Made by a program: the position numbers and the translations under genes
Notes under the pieces: generated by a model
Database searches by the model: none
What the model saw: only the letters and a program-made list of their open reading frames with translations
Told to the model about the DNA's origin: nothing
Shown: positions 42,472 to 51,944 of the stretch, one piece after another
How the letters are laid out: each line of letters begins with the position of its first letter
Numbering within the stretch: the stretch's first letter is position 1
NCBI GenBank assembly: GCA_050949565.1
Contig: JBMNFY010000017.1
Location: forward strand, 416,001-480,000
Length of the DNA stretch: 64,000 nucleotides
Reading direction: 5' to 3'
Source: Kiritimatiellia bacterium
Lineage (GTDB): Bacteria; Verrucomicrobiota; Kiritimatiellia; RFP12; UBA1067

Positions 42472-42791
42472 ATTAGTTCATTAGTGCATTAGTTTGTCTG
42501 GGGACGCGTTGCCCCCAAAAACCTTGGCCTTCGCGTAAAACAACCGAGCAGTGCTCATCATCGGGCGTGCGAAGCGCAGGGAGGGGCAAGCGTCTGCTTG
42601 CCCGCGGACGAGCGACGCTCGTCCCTCCCATCCTTCCGCGCAGCGGAAGGCGGCTCGTGGGGACACTCGCCCGCCAGCCTTCGCGCCTTCGCGTGAGATG
42701 GCCAAACTGAGCCCTGACCCCAAAAAAACTCTGCGTAATCTGTGTCCATCTGTGGATAAAAACTCATGCACTAACGCACTAATGAACTAAT
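42472..42791. repeat. Composite intergenic element bounded by inverted octamer runs, copy 1
   Basis: ATTAGTTCATTAGTGC ... GCACTAATGAACTAAT ends; internal palindromes GGGCAAGCGTCTGCTTGCCC and GGACGAGCGACGCTCGTCC; near-identical copy at 46770-47086. Confidence 0.85.
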
Positions 42792-42801
42792 CAACTTCCC
42801 C

Positions 42802-44160
42802 TCACCTCTCCAGCTTCCACCCGTTATGCATCGGGCGCGTCAGCATGGCGTTGGCAAGGTCATTGCCCACGAAGCGCTCTGTCTTCCAATCCCACTTGAG
42901 CTTCTGTTGCAAGCGCGCGGCAATGCCCGAGATCATACCCAGCGTCGAAGCCACGTGCGTCGCGTCGATACCCGCGATCGTCTCCTTGCGGCTGCGCACG
43001 GCATCCAACAGTCCGCCCCAATGATCGATTCTCTTGTAGGCGACGCGCTCACCGTCCTTGGTCTTGAGGGTCGTGACGTCGTCTATCTTACAGTCCGGCG
43101 GCAACAGGCGCCTGTCCCCATCTTTCGGGCGGATTTTCAGAAGATCCGCAGACGATGCGGTGATCTGGTCGTCGCGATTGACATGAACCCAGCCCTTCTC
43201 ACCGATGAATTTCGTGCCGCGTGGCTGCTGTCGGTCATCGGAGAACACCATGCGGAGACCGCTGGCGAAGGTGAAGACTGCCTTCCACGTCTCGATGTTA
43301 TCCGCAAAGCCCTTGTTCGTATAGTAGGTGCCGCTGCACTCTACTTCGAACGACTCCGTGCCGAGCGCGGGCACGCCCCAGTGCGCGATATCAAGGTGAT
43401 GCACGCCCCAGTTCGTGGTCCAGCCCTCGCAGTAGTCGTTGAGCAGGTACCAGTCCGGATAGGCCACGCGGCCGGGGTTGAACGGGCTGAAACGCGCCGG
43501 TCCCAGCCACATCGCCCAGTTAAAGCCCTCGGGCACCGGTTGCGGATCATAAGGCCCCTTGTACTTGGGCTGGAAGTGCGGCCCTTCCACCGCGACCTGG
43601 ACTTCGGTGATCTTCCCGAGGTAGCCGTTCAACGCCAGTTCCGCGCCCTGGCGGAAATTACCCAGCGAGCGCTGCCACATGCCCGACTGGAACACGCGCT
43701 TGTTCTTGCGGATCGCCGCACGGATGGCGAAACCGTCGTTGACGCACACGCCCGTCGGCTTTTCGCAGAACATATCCTTGCCGGCGTTGGCGGCCGCAGT
43801 GGCAATCAGCGAATGCCAATGGTCCTGCGCGGCAATCATGACAACGTCGATGTCCTTGCGCGCCAACAACTCGCGATAATCACCGATCATGGCGCATCCC
43901 TGATCGCCGTATTTCTGATCGACGAGCCCCTTGGCTTTCTCCATGCGGGCGCGCTGCGCGTCGCACACCGCCACCACCCGACAGGCATTGGTGCCCATGA
44001 AGTTGCGCATGTTCAACGTACCACGATCACCCACGCCGATGCACCCGAGCGCAATCCGATCGTTGGCACCAAAGGCCGTGGAGGGAATCAGCGACGGGAA
44101 ACTGATCGCCGCTGCCGCCACCGAGGCGCGTGTAAGAAACTCTCTTCTGCTGATAGCCAT
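42802..44160 (-). CDS. Tat-exported Gfo/Idh/MocA oxidoreductase
   Basis: SRREFL, IGVG, AQDHWH, CEKP, FQSGMWQRS, NWGVHHLDIAHW. Confidence 0.93.
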   Translation of the reverse strand: MAISRREFLTRASVAAAAISFPSLIPSTAFGANDRIALGCIGVGDRGTLNMRNFMGTNACRVVAVCDAQRARMEKAKGLVDQKYGDQGCAMIGDYRELLARKDIDVVMIAAQDHWHSLIATAAANAGKDMFCEKPTGVCVNDGFAIRAAIRKNKRVFQSGMWQRSLGNFRQGAELALNGYLGKITEVQVAVEGPHFQPKYKGPYDPQPVPEGFNWAMWLGPARFSPFNPGRVAYPDWYLLNDYCEGWTTNWGVHHLDIAHWGVPALGTESFEVECSGTYYTNKGFADNIETWKAVFTFASGLRMVFSDDRQQPRGTKFIGEKGWVHVNRDDQITASSADLLKIRPKDGDRRLLPPDCKIDDVTTLKTKDGERVAYKRIDHWGGLLDAVRSRKETIAGIDATHVASTLGMISGIAARLQQKLKWDWKTERFVGNDLANAMLTRPMHNGWKLER

Positions 44161-44179
44161 ATTCACTCCTTTTTCTTGA

Positions 44180-45004
44180 TTAACGATGCTTCCGGATCAC
44201 GTCGAGACACGCCTTCACGTCCTGCTCGACCTGCCCGGACACCACATCAAATTCGACACCGACATGGCCCTTGAAGCCCTGCCGTTTCAACTCCGCCATC
44301 ACGGCCGGGATGTCACCGACCCCTTGGCCGAACACCACATCCGGGCTGCCATAGACCGCCTCTTTCACATCCTTGAGGTGCATGGACAGCACGCGCCCTT
44401 CGAGCACGCGCAGGTAGGCGACCGGATCCATGCCCGAACGGTAGATGTGCCCAGTATCCACCGAAAAACCCATACGCGGATCGCGATCTTTCATCAATCC
44501 CATCAAGTACTCCGGATCCCAATTCCGATACGCCGGCTTGTCTTTGTTTTTGGCGTGATTATGGAAACAAAGCTGCACGCCGGTCTCCTTCACCATGCGC
44601 TCGACACGATCCAGCGCATCCACCGGCGGCTCACCCGTCAATCCTCTGAGCCCCAACTTCTGCGCGAACGTAAAGAGCTTACGCGTCTCCTCTTCCGTCT
44701 TGCCGAAATCCGCGACGTAGGCATTGACGGCCTTGATCCCGACCGCATCCAGTTTGGCTTTGAGCGCCGCGATGTGTGCGTCCGACAAATGCTGGTTGAG
44801 CGTCACGTTCGGATGTTCTGGACTCAATTTCTGCCAGAAGAACAACTCGATCACATCGGCGCCGCACGCCTTCGCTTTTTCGATCGCCTCGAAGGCTGTC
44901 ACCTTACGAAACGAATACGCACACACGCCGACTTCCATCTGCGCGGCCAGAACCGCACCGGCCATCATCGCAACGGCCGCAGTTATAACTCGCTGTTTCG
45001 TCAT
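44180..45004 (-). CDS. Secreted sugar-phosphate isomerase/epimerase (AP-endonuclease-2 TIM barrel)
   Basis: Signal peptide, YSFR, FHNH, DTGH, MHLKD, FGQGVGD, VEF. Confidence 0.88.
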   Translation of the reverse strand: MTKQRVITAAVAMMAGAVLAAQMEVGVCAYSFRKVTAFEAIEKAKACGADVIELFFWQKLSPEHPNVTLNQHLSDAHIAALKAKLDAVGIKAVNAYVADFGKTEEETRKLFTFAQKLGLRGLTGEPPVDALDRVERMVKETGVQLCFHNHAKNKDKPAYRNWDPEYLMGLMKDRDPRMGFSVDTGHIYRSGMDPVAYLRVLEGRVLSMHLKDVKEAVYGSPDVVFGQGVGDIPAVMAELKRQGFKGHVGVEFDVVSGQVEQDVKACLDVIRKHR

Positions 45005-45047
45005 CTTTTCTCCTTGCTTAGGTCTTACCGATAAAAAACAAGTTGTT

Positions 45048-45255
45048 TATCACACGAAGGCACAAAGGGCACTAAGGTTTTTTGGGGGTATGGCTCGGCT
45101 TTTTGGAACCGCCAAGGCGCCAAGAACGCTAAGGCGAGTCCCTGATTTTCATGAAGTTTCATGTGTTTCATGGTTCGGGTTTTCTCTCACAGAGGCACAG
45201 AGAACACGGAGGTTTTGGATGGTAGCAAACTAATGCACTAATTAACTAATGAACT
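45048..45255 (-). repeat. Modular intergenic repeat array; closest single-copy relative of the 120-bp unit
   Basis: Reverse complement contains CTCTGTG-type x3, AACCCGAACCATGAAACACATGAAACTTCATGAAAATC, CTTGGCG-type x3, CCGAGCCATACCCC; ACTAATG octamer run at the right end. Confidence 0.85.
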
Positions 45256-45268
45256 TTGCCCGCGTTAG

Positions 45269-46720
45269 TCACTTGGAAAAAAGCTGGCGGATCACATCGA
45301 CGGTCCGCTCAACCAGCATCTGTCCGCCCTCCGGCCCCACCTCGCACGATTGCGGAACCGCACTGTACCCGCCACCCGCCAGCGCACGCGGTGTCGCCAG
45401 ATAAGAGGAGCGGGCGATCGAGCTGGCCAGTTGCACAAGCACCGTCTGCTGTGCCGGACTGCGTCCCTGAATCTGTATGCCGTAATCGGTGAACAGCTCA
45501 AACGGGTTGGTTGCGAACGCGACATCCCCCAGCCGCAACACATGCATCTCGACCGGATAGAACGTGGGGCCGTTGCGTTGCGCCTCAAACCGCTTGACCA
45601 CCCGCTCGTTCCAGCGCTTGTTCCAATAGTCCGGCCCCTTCAACTCTTTCTTCGCGTTCAGAGCATCGTACTCCCGCTTCGCTTTAAGATACTCCGCCTC
45701 CGGCAACTTAAGCTCGGGCAAATCGAAGCGCTCCACACGATGGGCGAAGGGGACGTCGGTACGGATATCCACCTTCACCGTCTCCCAGGTATCCTCAACC
45801 GCAGCGACGATACGCCTGCCCATCTCCTGCGTGCGCGACAGCTTGCGCAGCTTGTCCATGCGCGTCTCGGCGGCGTGACGCACCATCAGGTGCGGCGACT
45901 GGTCGCCCGACGGTGCCACAAAGCCTAAAACAACCACCTTTTCGCCATGCTTGGCTTTCAATCCTTGACGCACATCGTGCCAAAAATCGGCGCTGATACG
46001 CTGACCGCAAGGACCGCGCTCGTCGGTCTGCGCCGGGCACGGCACCGTCACCGCTATCGCTTTCATCGCTCCTGCCTCGTCCAAGAAAAACAGCGAGTCC
46101 ACGGCATGATCCGAATAGCCTTCCAGCCCCCGGCATTCCGCGCGGTCGGTTCTGCCGTACATCTCGGCCGACCCGTTCGCATACACCGCCCGGCGATTCT
46201 GCGCAACCATCGCGTATCCCAGTCCCCACGCCAAACTCCCGCGTTGCCGCGATTCCCAAGCGCGCACCACCGCATCCGCCATCCGTTCGAACATAAACGG
46301 CACGTATTCGTCTGGCTGCATCGCGCCTTCATACGAATCGTAATTCGCCTGATCCAGCGCGGGGCCTTTGTGGGTGTGTGTCGCGGTCAGAATCAGTTTG
46401 TTGATGTCAAAGCCCTTCAGCCGCGGCGCGACCAACTCGCGGAAACGCGCCTGAATGCCGGTACGGATCGAACACACGTCACACGCGACCAAGATGGCGG
46501 CGTCAATCGCCCGGTCGCCCTCGCGCGCTTCAATCGCCAGCACATTCGCGCTGATCCGACTGTTCACCCCGCGCGAGATCGGGCCGGTGCGCCCCCCCGT
46601 CAGCGCCACCGGCTGATCCGGCGTGATATCCGCCTCCGCCGCACCGACCCATAACTCAGCGGCCATTCCCGCCTTAATGATTCCCGCCGCCAGCGCAACA
46701 AAAGTGATCCATCTCTTCAT
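45269..46720 (-). CDS. Secreted ceramidase-like hydrolase, paralogue 3
   Basis: N-terminus nearly identical to paralogue 2; ATHTHKGP, NRR, APSGDQ, PFELF. Confidence 0.75.
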   Translation of the reverse strand: MKRWITFVALAAGIIKAGMAAELWVGAAEADITPDQPVALTGGRTGPISRGVNSRISANVLAIEAREGDRAIDAAILVACDVCSIRTGIQARFRELVAPRLKGFDINKLILTATHTHKGPALDQANYDSYEGAMQPDEYVPFMFERMADAVVRAWESRQRGSLAWGLGYAMVAQNRRAVYANGSAEMYGRTDRAECRGLEGYSDHAVDSLFFLDEAGAMKAIAVTVPCPAQTDERGPCGQRISADFWHDVRQGLKAKHGEKVVVLGFVAPSGDQSPHLMVRHAAETRMDKLRKLSRTQEMGRRIVAAVEDTWETVKVDIRTDVPFAHRVERFDLPELKLPEAEYLKAKREYDALNAKKELKGPDYWNKRWNERVVKRFEAQRNGPTFYPVEMHVLRLGDVAFATNPFELFTDYGIQIQGRSPAQQTVLVQLASSIARSSYLATPRALAGGGYSAVPQSCEVGPEGGQMLVERTVDVIRQLFSK

Positions 46721-46769
46721 GGCTACCTCCTCAAAAAACCAACGCGGGCGCAGCCCGCGACCCAGTTTA

Positions 46770-47086
46770 ATTAGTTCATTAGTGCATTAGTTTGTCAGGG
46801 ACGCGTTGCCCCAAAAAACCTTGGCCTTCGCGTAAAACAACCGAGCAGTGCTCATCATCGGGCGTGCGAAGCGCAGGGAGGGGCAAGCGTCTGCTTGCCC
46901 GCGGACGAGCGACGCTCGTCCCTCCCATCCTTCCGCACAGCGGAAGGCGGCTCGTGGGGACACTCGCCCTCCATCCTTCGCGCCTTCGCGTGAGATGGCC
47001 AAACTGAGCCCTGCCCTCAAAAAAACCTCATAATCTGTGTCCATCTGTGGATAAAAACTCATGCACTAACGCACTAATGAACTAAT
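46770..47086. repeat. Composite intergenic element, copy 2
   Basis: Near-identical to 42472-42791. Confidence 0.85.
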
Positions 47087-47096
47087 CAACTTCCCC

Positions 47097-48461
47097 TCAC
47101 CCCTCCAGCTTCCACCCGTTGTGCATCGGGCGCGTCAGCATGGCATTGGCAAGGTCATTGCCCACGAAGCGCTCCGTCTTCCAGTCCCACTTGAGCTTGC
47201 ACTGCAAACGCGCCGCGATGCCCGCGATCATGCCCAGCGTCGATGCCACATGCGTCGCTTCAAAGCCGGCGATCGGCTCATTGCGGCTGCGCATGCCGTT
47301 CAGCAACCCTTCGGCGTGGTTCACATTCTTGTACCCGACTCGCTCGCCATCCTTGGTCTTGATCGTGGTGACGTCATCAAAGGACATGCTGTCGGTCGGC
47401 AACAGGCGCGTGTCGCCCGCCTTGGGCCGCACCTGCAGCAGCTCGCCCGATGCCTCAATCCTGTCGCCGCGATCCACATACACCCAGCCGTTCTCACCGA
47501 TGAACTTCGTGCCGCATGCCTGATGCGTGGCATCCGTGAACACCATCTTCAAACCGTTCTCGTAAGTAAAGGTCGACTTCCAAGTCGCGATGTTGTCGCC
47601 GAACCCCTGATTGACGTAGTAGGTACCGTTGCACTCGACCTCAAACGACCCCTTGCCGAGTTGCGGGCAGCCCCAATGCGCGATATCGAGGTGATGCACG
47701 CCCCAGTTGGTGGTCCACCCCTCGCAATAGTCATTGTGCAGATACCAGTCGGGATACGTGATCCGAGCCTGATTGAACGGGCTGAAGCGCGCGGGACCGA
47801 GCCACATGGCCCAGTCGAAACCGTCCGGTACCGGCTGCGGCTCAAACGGCCCCTTGTACTTGGGCTGAAAACTCTTCCCGGCGGGCACCGCCACCTGAAC
47901 CTCGGTGATCTTGCCGATGTAGCCGTTCAACGCCAACTCGCATCCCTGCCTGAAGTTACCGAGCGAACGCTGCCACATGCCCGACTGGAACACGCGCTTG
48001 TTTTTGCGCAGCGCCGCACGGATGGCGAACCCGTCGTTCACGCACACGCCGGTCGGCTTCTCGCAGTACATGTCCTTACCGGCGTTGGCGGCAGCGGTGG
48101 CGATCAACGAGTGCCAGTGATCCTGCGCAGCAATCATCACTGCGTCGATGTCTTTGCGTGCCAGCAGCTCGCGGAAATCGTTGTACATGGCGCAGCCGGT
48201 GTCACCGTACTTCTCATCCACCGTTTTCTTAGCACGTTCGCGCCTGTCGCGCTGCACGTCGCAGACCGCAACCACGCGGCAGTTGCCAGCAGCCAAGAAG
48301 TTGCGCATGTTGCCGGTGCCCATGCCGCCCACGCCGATGCACCCGAGCGCGATCCGCTCGTTGGCGCCGAAGGCTGTCGCCGGAATGATCGTCGGCGCAG
48401 CGAGTACCGCCGCACCCCAAGCCGCTCCCTTAAGAAACGTCCGTCTGTCAAGCTTCTGCAT
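47097..48461 (-). CDS. Tat-exported Gfo/Idh/MocA oxidoreductase, close paralogue of 42802..44160
   Basis: DRRTFLK; long identical peptide blocks shared with the paralogue. Confidence 0.93.
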   Translation of the reverse strand: MQKLDRRTFLKGAAWGAAVLAAPTIIPATAFGANERIALGCIGVGGMGTGNMRNFLAAGNCRVVAVCDVQRDRRERAKKTVDEKYGDTGCAMYNDFRELLARKDIDAVMIAAQDHWHSLIATAAANAGKDMYCEKPTGVCVNDGFAIRAALRKNKRVFQSGMWQRSLGNFRQGCELALNGYIGKITEVQVAVPAGKSFQPKYKGPFEPQPVPDGFDWAMWLGPARFSPFNQARITYPDWYLHNDYCEGWTTNWGVHHLDIAHWGCPQLGKGSFEVECNGTYYVNQGFGDNIATWKSTFTYENGLKMVFTDATHQACGTKFIGENGWVYVDRGDRIEASGELLQVRPKAGDTRLLPTDSMSFDDVTTIKTKDGERVGYKNVNHAEGLLNGMRSRNEPIAGFEATHVASTLGMIAGIAARLQCKLKWDWKTERFVGNDLANAMLTRPMHNGWKLEG

Positions 48462-48497
48462 GATTCTTTGCCCTTCCTTTGTTTACTCTGTCACCAA

Positions 48498-49421
48498 TTA
48501 GTCGAGCCGCGCACCGCGCGACGCGAGTCTATCAAACCTGAAGTGTGAACCGCCGGTTGCCCAAGCGATCCCACGCAACACCACAAGCCGGAACCAGGGA
48601 TCATCGAACGTGGCCGTCCGATGCCCCGGCACACAGCCGAAAACACGTCCCCGCCCGGTCTCATAACACCAGAAGACCGGTTGCGGCTGGCGGGCGGCGG
48701 TGTCCTTGTCGTTTTCATCCGAAACGGCCAGTACCGTCACCCCTTCGCGGGCCGCCGGAAACAACGGCGGCCAGTAAATCTCATCATCCCATCGCAACAC
48801 AGCCGGCAGGTTACGGCAAACCGGATGCTCCTTGGCCACGACACGCGCGTTGATCACGCCGTGCCGATAGTGCGTGAAGCCGCCCACGCCCAACAATTCG
48901 GCCACCGCCGGATCGGCCTTCGGCTGGGTCCACGTGGCTGAGTGTATCACAACCAGCCCGCCGCCGCGAGCGAGGTACGCGCCCACCTGCTTTTTACGCG
49001 CGTCGTTCCACGGCAGATAACAGAAGACCACGATCGCATCCGCCGTCGCGAACTGCTGATCCGTCGGCCAGCCCGTCGCGCACTCAACCGAGACCCCCGG
49101 CGCGCCCTCCTCCAATGCGGCGTCCGCGATCGCCGGACCGTGAAGATTGATCTGGACGGCATCGGAGGCGGCACGTCCACCGAGCAACAACGCCCAGCGC
49201 TCCTGCCACAGCGGATAGTCATGCAGCCCGTTGCCGACCGGACCGTGATCCTTCTTGTCCGCCATTAACACGATACGCAATGGAGGTGCCGGTTCAGGCG
49301 CGCGCTCCTTCACGAACGCAGCCTCGAACGCAGTGCGCGCCACCGTGTCACCGAGCGCACCCGCGGCCAGCATCACCGCCAACACCGCCCAAACACCCTG
49401 TCTCTGAAGACCACGCGCCAT
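48498..49421 (-). CDS. Secreted ThuA-like (class I glutamine amidotransferase-like fold) protein
   Basis: KDHGP...HDY, GGGLVVIHSA, HPV, DEIYW, GRVF...PGH, RGIAWA. Confidence 0.8.
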   Translation of the reverse strand: MARGLQRQGVWAVLAVMLAAGALGDTVARTAFEAAFVKERAPEPAPPLRIVLMADKKDHGPVGNGLHDYPLWQERWALLLGGRAASDAVQINLHGPAIADAALEEGAPGVSVECATGWPTDQQFATADAIVVFCYLPWNDARKKQVGAYLARGGGLVVIHSATWTQPKADPAVAELLGVGGFTHYRHGVINARVVAKEHPVCRNLPAVLRWDDEIYWPPLFPAAREGVTVLAVSDENDKDTAARQPQPVFWCYETGRGRVFGCVPGHRTATFDDPWFRLVVLRGIAWATGGSHFRFDRLASRGARLD

Positions 49422-49423
49422 CG

Positions 49424-50869
49424 TCACTTTTTCCCAAACACGTTCCGGATCGCTGCGAGCGTCCGCTCCACAAAGATTTTACCGCCCTCATGCCCGACCG
49501 GGCAGCTTTCGACCAAGGCGCTGTAGCCACCCGCCTTCTCCGCATCGCGCGTGGCCAGGTAACCGCCGCACTCCAGCGGGCTTGAGAATGAGACCAATAC
49601 CGTCTGCCCGGCGATGCTGCGGCTCTGAATGCGCGCGCCATATTCGGGGTAGAGCTCAAAAGGATGGGTGGCGATCACAACATCCCCGAGGCGGATGACA
49701 TGCATCTCGACCGTGAACACCGGATCGGCACGCTGCTGCGCCTCATAGCGCGCCAGCGTCTTTGCGAACCGGCGTTTCTCCCAGTAGTCGCCCCCCACGA
49801 GCTTCTTTTTCGCGACCAATTCATCATGCCTTTTTTTCGCCGCACGATACTCATTTTCAGTCACCTTGCGTCCCGGCAGGTCAAAACTCTCCACACGGTG
49901 CAAAAAAGCAATATCCGACCGCACGTCTTTGGTCGCGAAACGCCACACTTCATCTACTGCCCGCGCGATCCGTCCCCCGAGATCTTGTGGCCGCGAAACG
50001 CCTTTCAGTTTCAACATGCGATCCTCTGCGGTCCTGCGTAACATAGCGCGCGGAATCTGATTCCCTGAGGGCGCGATAAAACCCAGCACAACCACGCCCT
50101 GACCGTGCTGGTGGCGCACCCCCTCCCGCACCCAGTGCCAGTAGTCGGCAGCGATTTGGCGTCCGTCTTCACATTGTGCCGTCGCCGGCACCGCCAGAAC
50201 GACCGCCTTCATTTTCTTGTCGGTGTCCAAAAAGAAAAGGGCATCCACCGCATGATCGATCCACCCCTCCAGATGACTGAAATCGGCACGCCTCGTATCG
50301 CCGTACATCACGGCTGAACCGTCTTCGTACACGACACGCCGCCCCTGCGCGACCACAGCATGTCCAAGTCCCCAAGCGAACGTTCCGGGTTGACGTTCTT
50401 GCCACGCCTTGACCACGGCCTCCGTCAGGCGTTCGAAGAGAAAGGACACATACTCCTTCGGTTGCATGGCATCGCCGTAATCGTCATACTCTTCTTGATC
50501 AGTAACCGGGGCGCAGTGCGTATGTGTCGCGGCCAGAAAAAGTTTACGCGTATCAAACCCCGGCAGATGCGTCGCCACATGGTTACGGAAAGCGACCTGC
50601 ACGCCCGGTCTGATCCGGACCAAATCACATACGATCAGAATCGCGGCATCCATCGGCTTGCCCTGCTCGCGCGCTTCCAGAGCCAGCACCTCCGCCTTGA
50701 TCCGGCTCTTGACTCCCTGTGAGATCGGACCGGTGGTGTTGCCGTCCAAAGCCACCGGACGGTCCGGCGTGATATCAGCCTCCGCCGCGCCTATCCACAG
50801 TTCCGCCGTCCAGCCCGCGACGGCCAGCCCAGATAAGAAAACCCCGACAGCAATGTGTTTGATGCTCAT
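49424..50869 (-). CDS. Secreted ceramidase-like hydrolase, paralogue 4
   Basis: ATHTHCAP, GRR, APSGNQ, PFELY, YLAT......GGY. Confidence 0.75.
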   Translation of the reverse strand: MSIKHIAVGVFLSGLAVAGWTAELWIGAAEADITPDRPVALDGNTTGPISQGVKSRIKAEVLALEAREQGKPMDAAILIVCDLVRIRPGVQVAFRNHVATHLPGFDTRKLFLAATHTHCAPVTDQEEYDDYGDAMQPKEYVSFLFERLTEAVVKAWQERQPGTFAWGLGHAVVAQGRRVVYEDGSAVMYGDTRRADFSHLEGWIDHAVDALFFLDTDKKMKAVVLAVPATAQCEDGRQIAADYWHWVREGVRHQHGQGVVVLGFIAPSGNQIPRAMLRRTAEDRMLKLKGVSRPQDLGGRIARAVDEVWRFATKDVRSDIAFLHRVESFDLPGRKVTENEYRAAKKRHDELVAKKKLVGGDYWEKRRFAKTLARYEAQQRADPVFTVEMHVIRLGDVVIATHPFELYPEYGARIQSRSIAGQTVLVSFSSPLECGGYLATRDAEKAGGYSALVESCPVGHEGGKIFVERTLAAIRNVFGKK

Positions 50870-50950
50870 CTCTCCGACTCCCGTGATGGTGGCCACTTCG
50901 CGTGGCCACCACCACGTTGATAAGCGCGTCGTTCATCGACGCAACGTTGT

Positions 50951-51778
50951 TTACACCAAATTGCTCAAATGGTCCAAGCTCTTGGACGCCTGATCCGGCG
51001 TACCGCACTCGACCGAAAAGACGATATCGCGCGGGCACTTCTCCTTGACGATCCGGATAATACGCTCCCAGTCCAACACCCCCTCGCCGCAGGCGCAGCC
51101 CACCGGTGTGCCGGTCACCTTGCCACGCTCGGCATCCGAATGCTGGATCGAGATGTCCTTGGCGTGCAGATGCACCAGCCGAGGAGCGACATTCTCCAGC
51201 CAGGCGTACGGGTCCGAACCGGAGAGGTACGCATTGCCGGTGTCCATGTTGATGCCGATCGAGGGCGACTTCACCAAATTGTAAATGCGATCCAAGCCTT
51301 CCGGCGTTTTGGAGTATTGCGAATGCGGCTCCAAACCGATCTTCACGCCACGGCGCTCAGCGATGAAAGCGGCCTCCTGCAACGTGTACCGGATCAGCGT
51401 GAAATCTTCCTCCTCCGTCGTCCACTTGGCCTTCTTGCCCTCGTCGGTGTTGATCACCGGCACACCGATCTCGCCGGCGACGCGGACCGCCATCTTGATG
51501 TACTCGCCGTGCACTTCCGGACGGCACAACGGCCCGTGCGCCTGAAAGCCGGAAATGGTCAGACCCGCCGCGTCACACAGTTCCTTCATGCAGTAGGGGT
51601 CATCGAACATCGAGACCGTGTGAAAATAGCCGGCCATGCACATCAATTCGCGGCCGAAATGCAGCATCGGCTCGATGTACTTGTACCCCATCTCGGCGGT
51701 AGCCTTCACCGCCCAGTCGAACGGTTTGTCGCTACTACGTGAAAACTCCGTATTCAGTCCAATATGAATCCGTGCCAT
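50951..51778 (-). CDS. Cytoplasmic sugar-phosphate isomerase/epimerase (TIM barrel)
   Basis: GGAGGAG RBS; GLEPH, NMDTGN, HLHAKD, GEGVLDW, SVEC. Confidence 0.88.
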   Translation of the reverse strand: MARIHIGLNTEFSRSSDKPFDWAVKATAEMGYKYIEPMLHFGRELMCMAGYFHTVSMFDDPYCMKELCDAAGLTISGFQAHGPLCRPEVHGEYIKMAVRVAGEIGVPVINTDEGKKAKWTTEEEDFTLIRYTLQEAAFIAERRGVKIGLEPHSQYSKTPEGLDRIYNLVKSPSIGINMDTGNAYLSGSDPYAWLENVAPRLVHLHAKDISIQHSDAERGKVTGTPVGCACGEGVLDWERIIRIVKEKCPRDIVFSVECGTPDQASKSLDHLSNLV

Positions 51779-51864
51779 CGATGCTCCTCCCGTGTTTGTG
51801 CGAGCTTGCGCCGCGCATTACCGTTTAGCGGTCAAGGCGAACAGTTCACCCCGTACCAATATCA

Positions 51865-51930
51865 AGTATGACATGTCCGCTCCTTGGGCGCCATTGCGTT
51901 TTTGCACAAATTGAGTGTAAAATCAAACAA
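51865..51930 (-). promoter_or_regulatory. Activator-dependent promoter: extended -10 plus AraC/XylR-like tandem site
   Basis: Minus-strand TGtCATACT (-10 at 51865-51870); site 51893-51930 has two ACAA half-site ends 21 bp apart. Confidence 0.65.
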
Positions 51931-51944
51931 ATTTAGCGCCGTCC

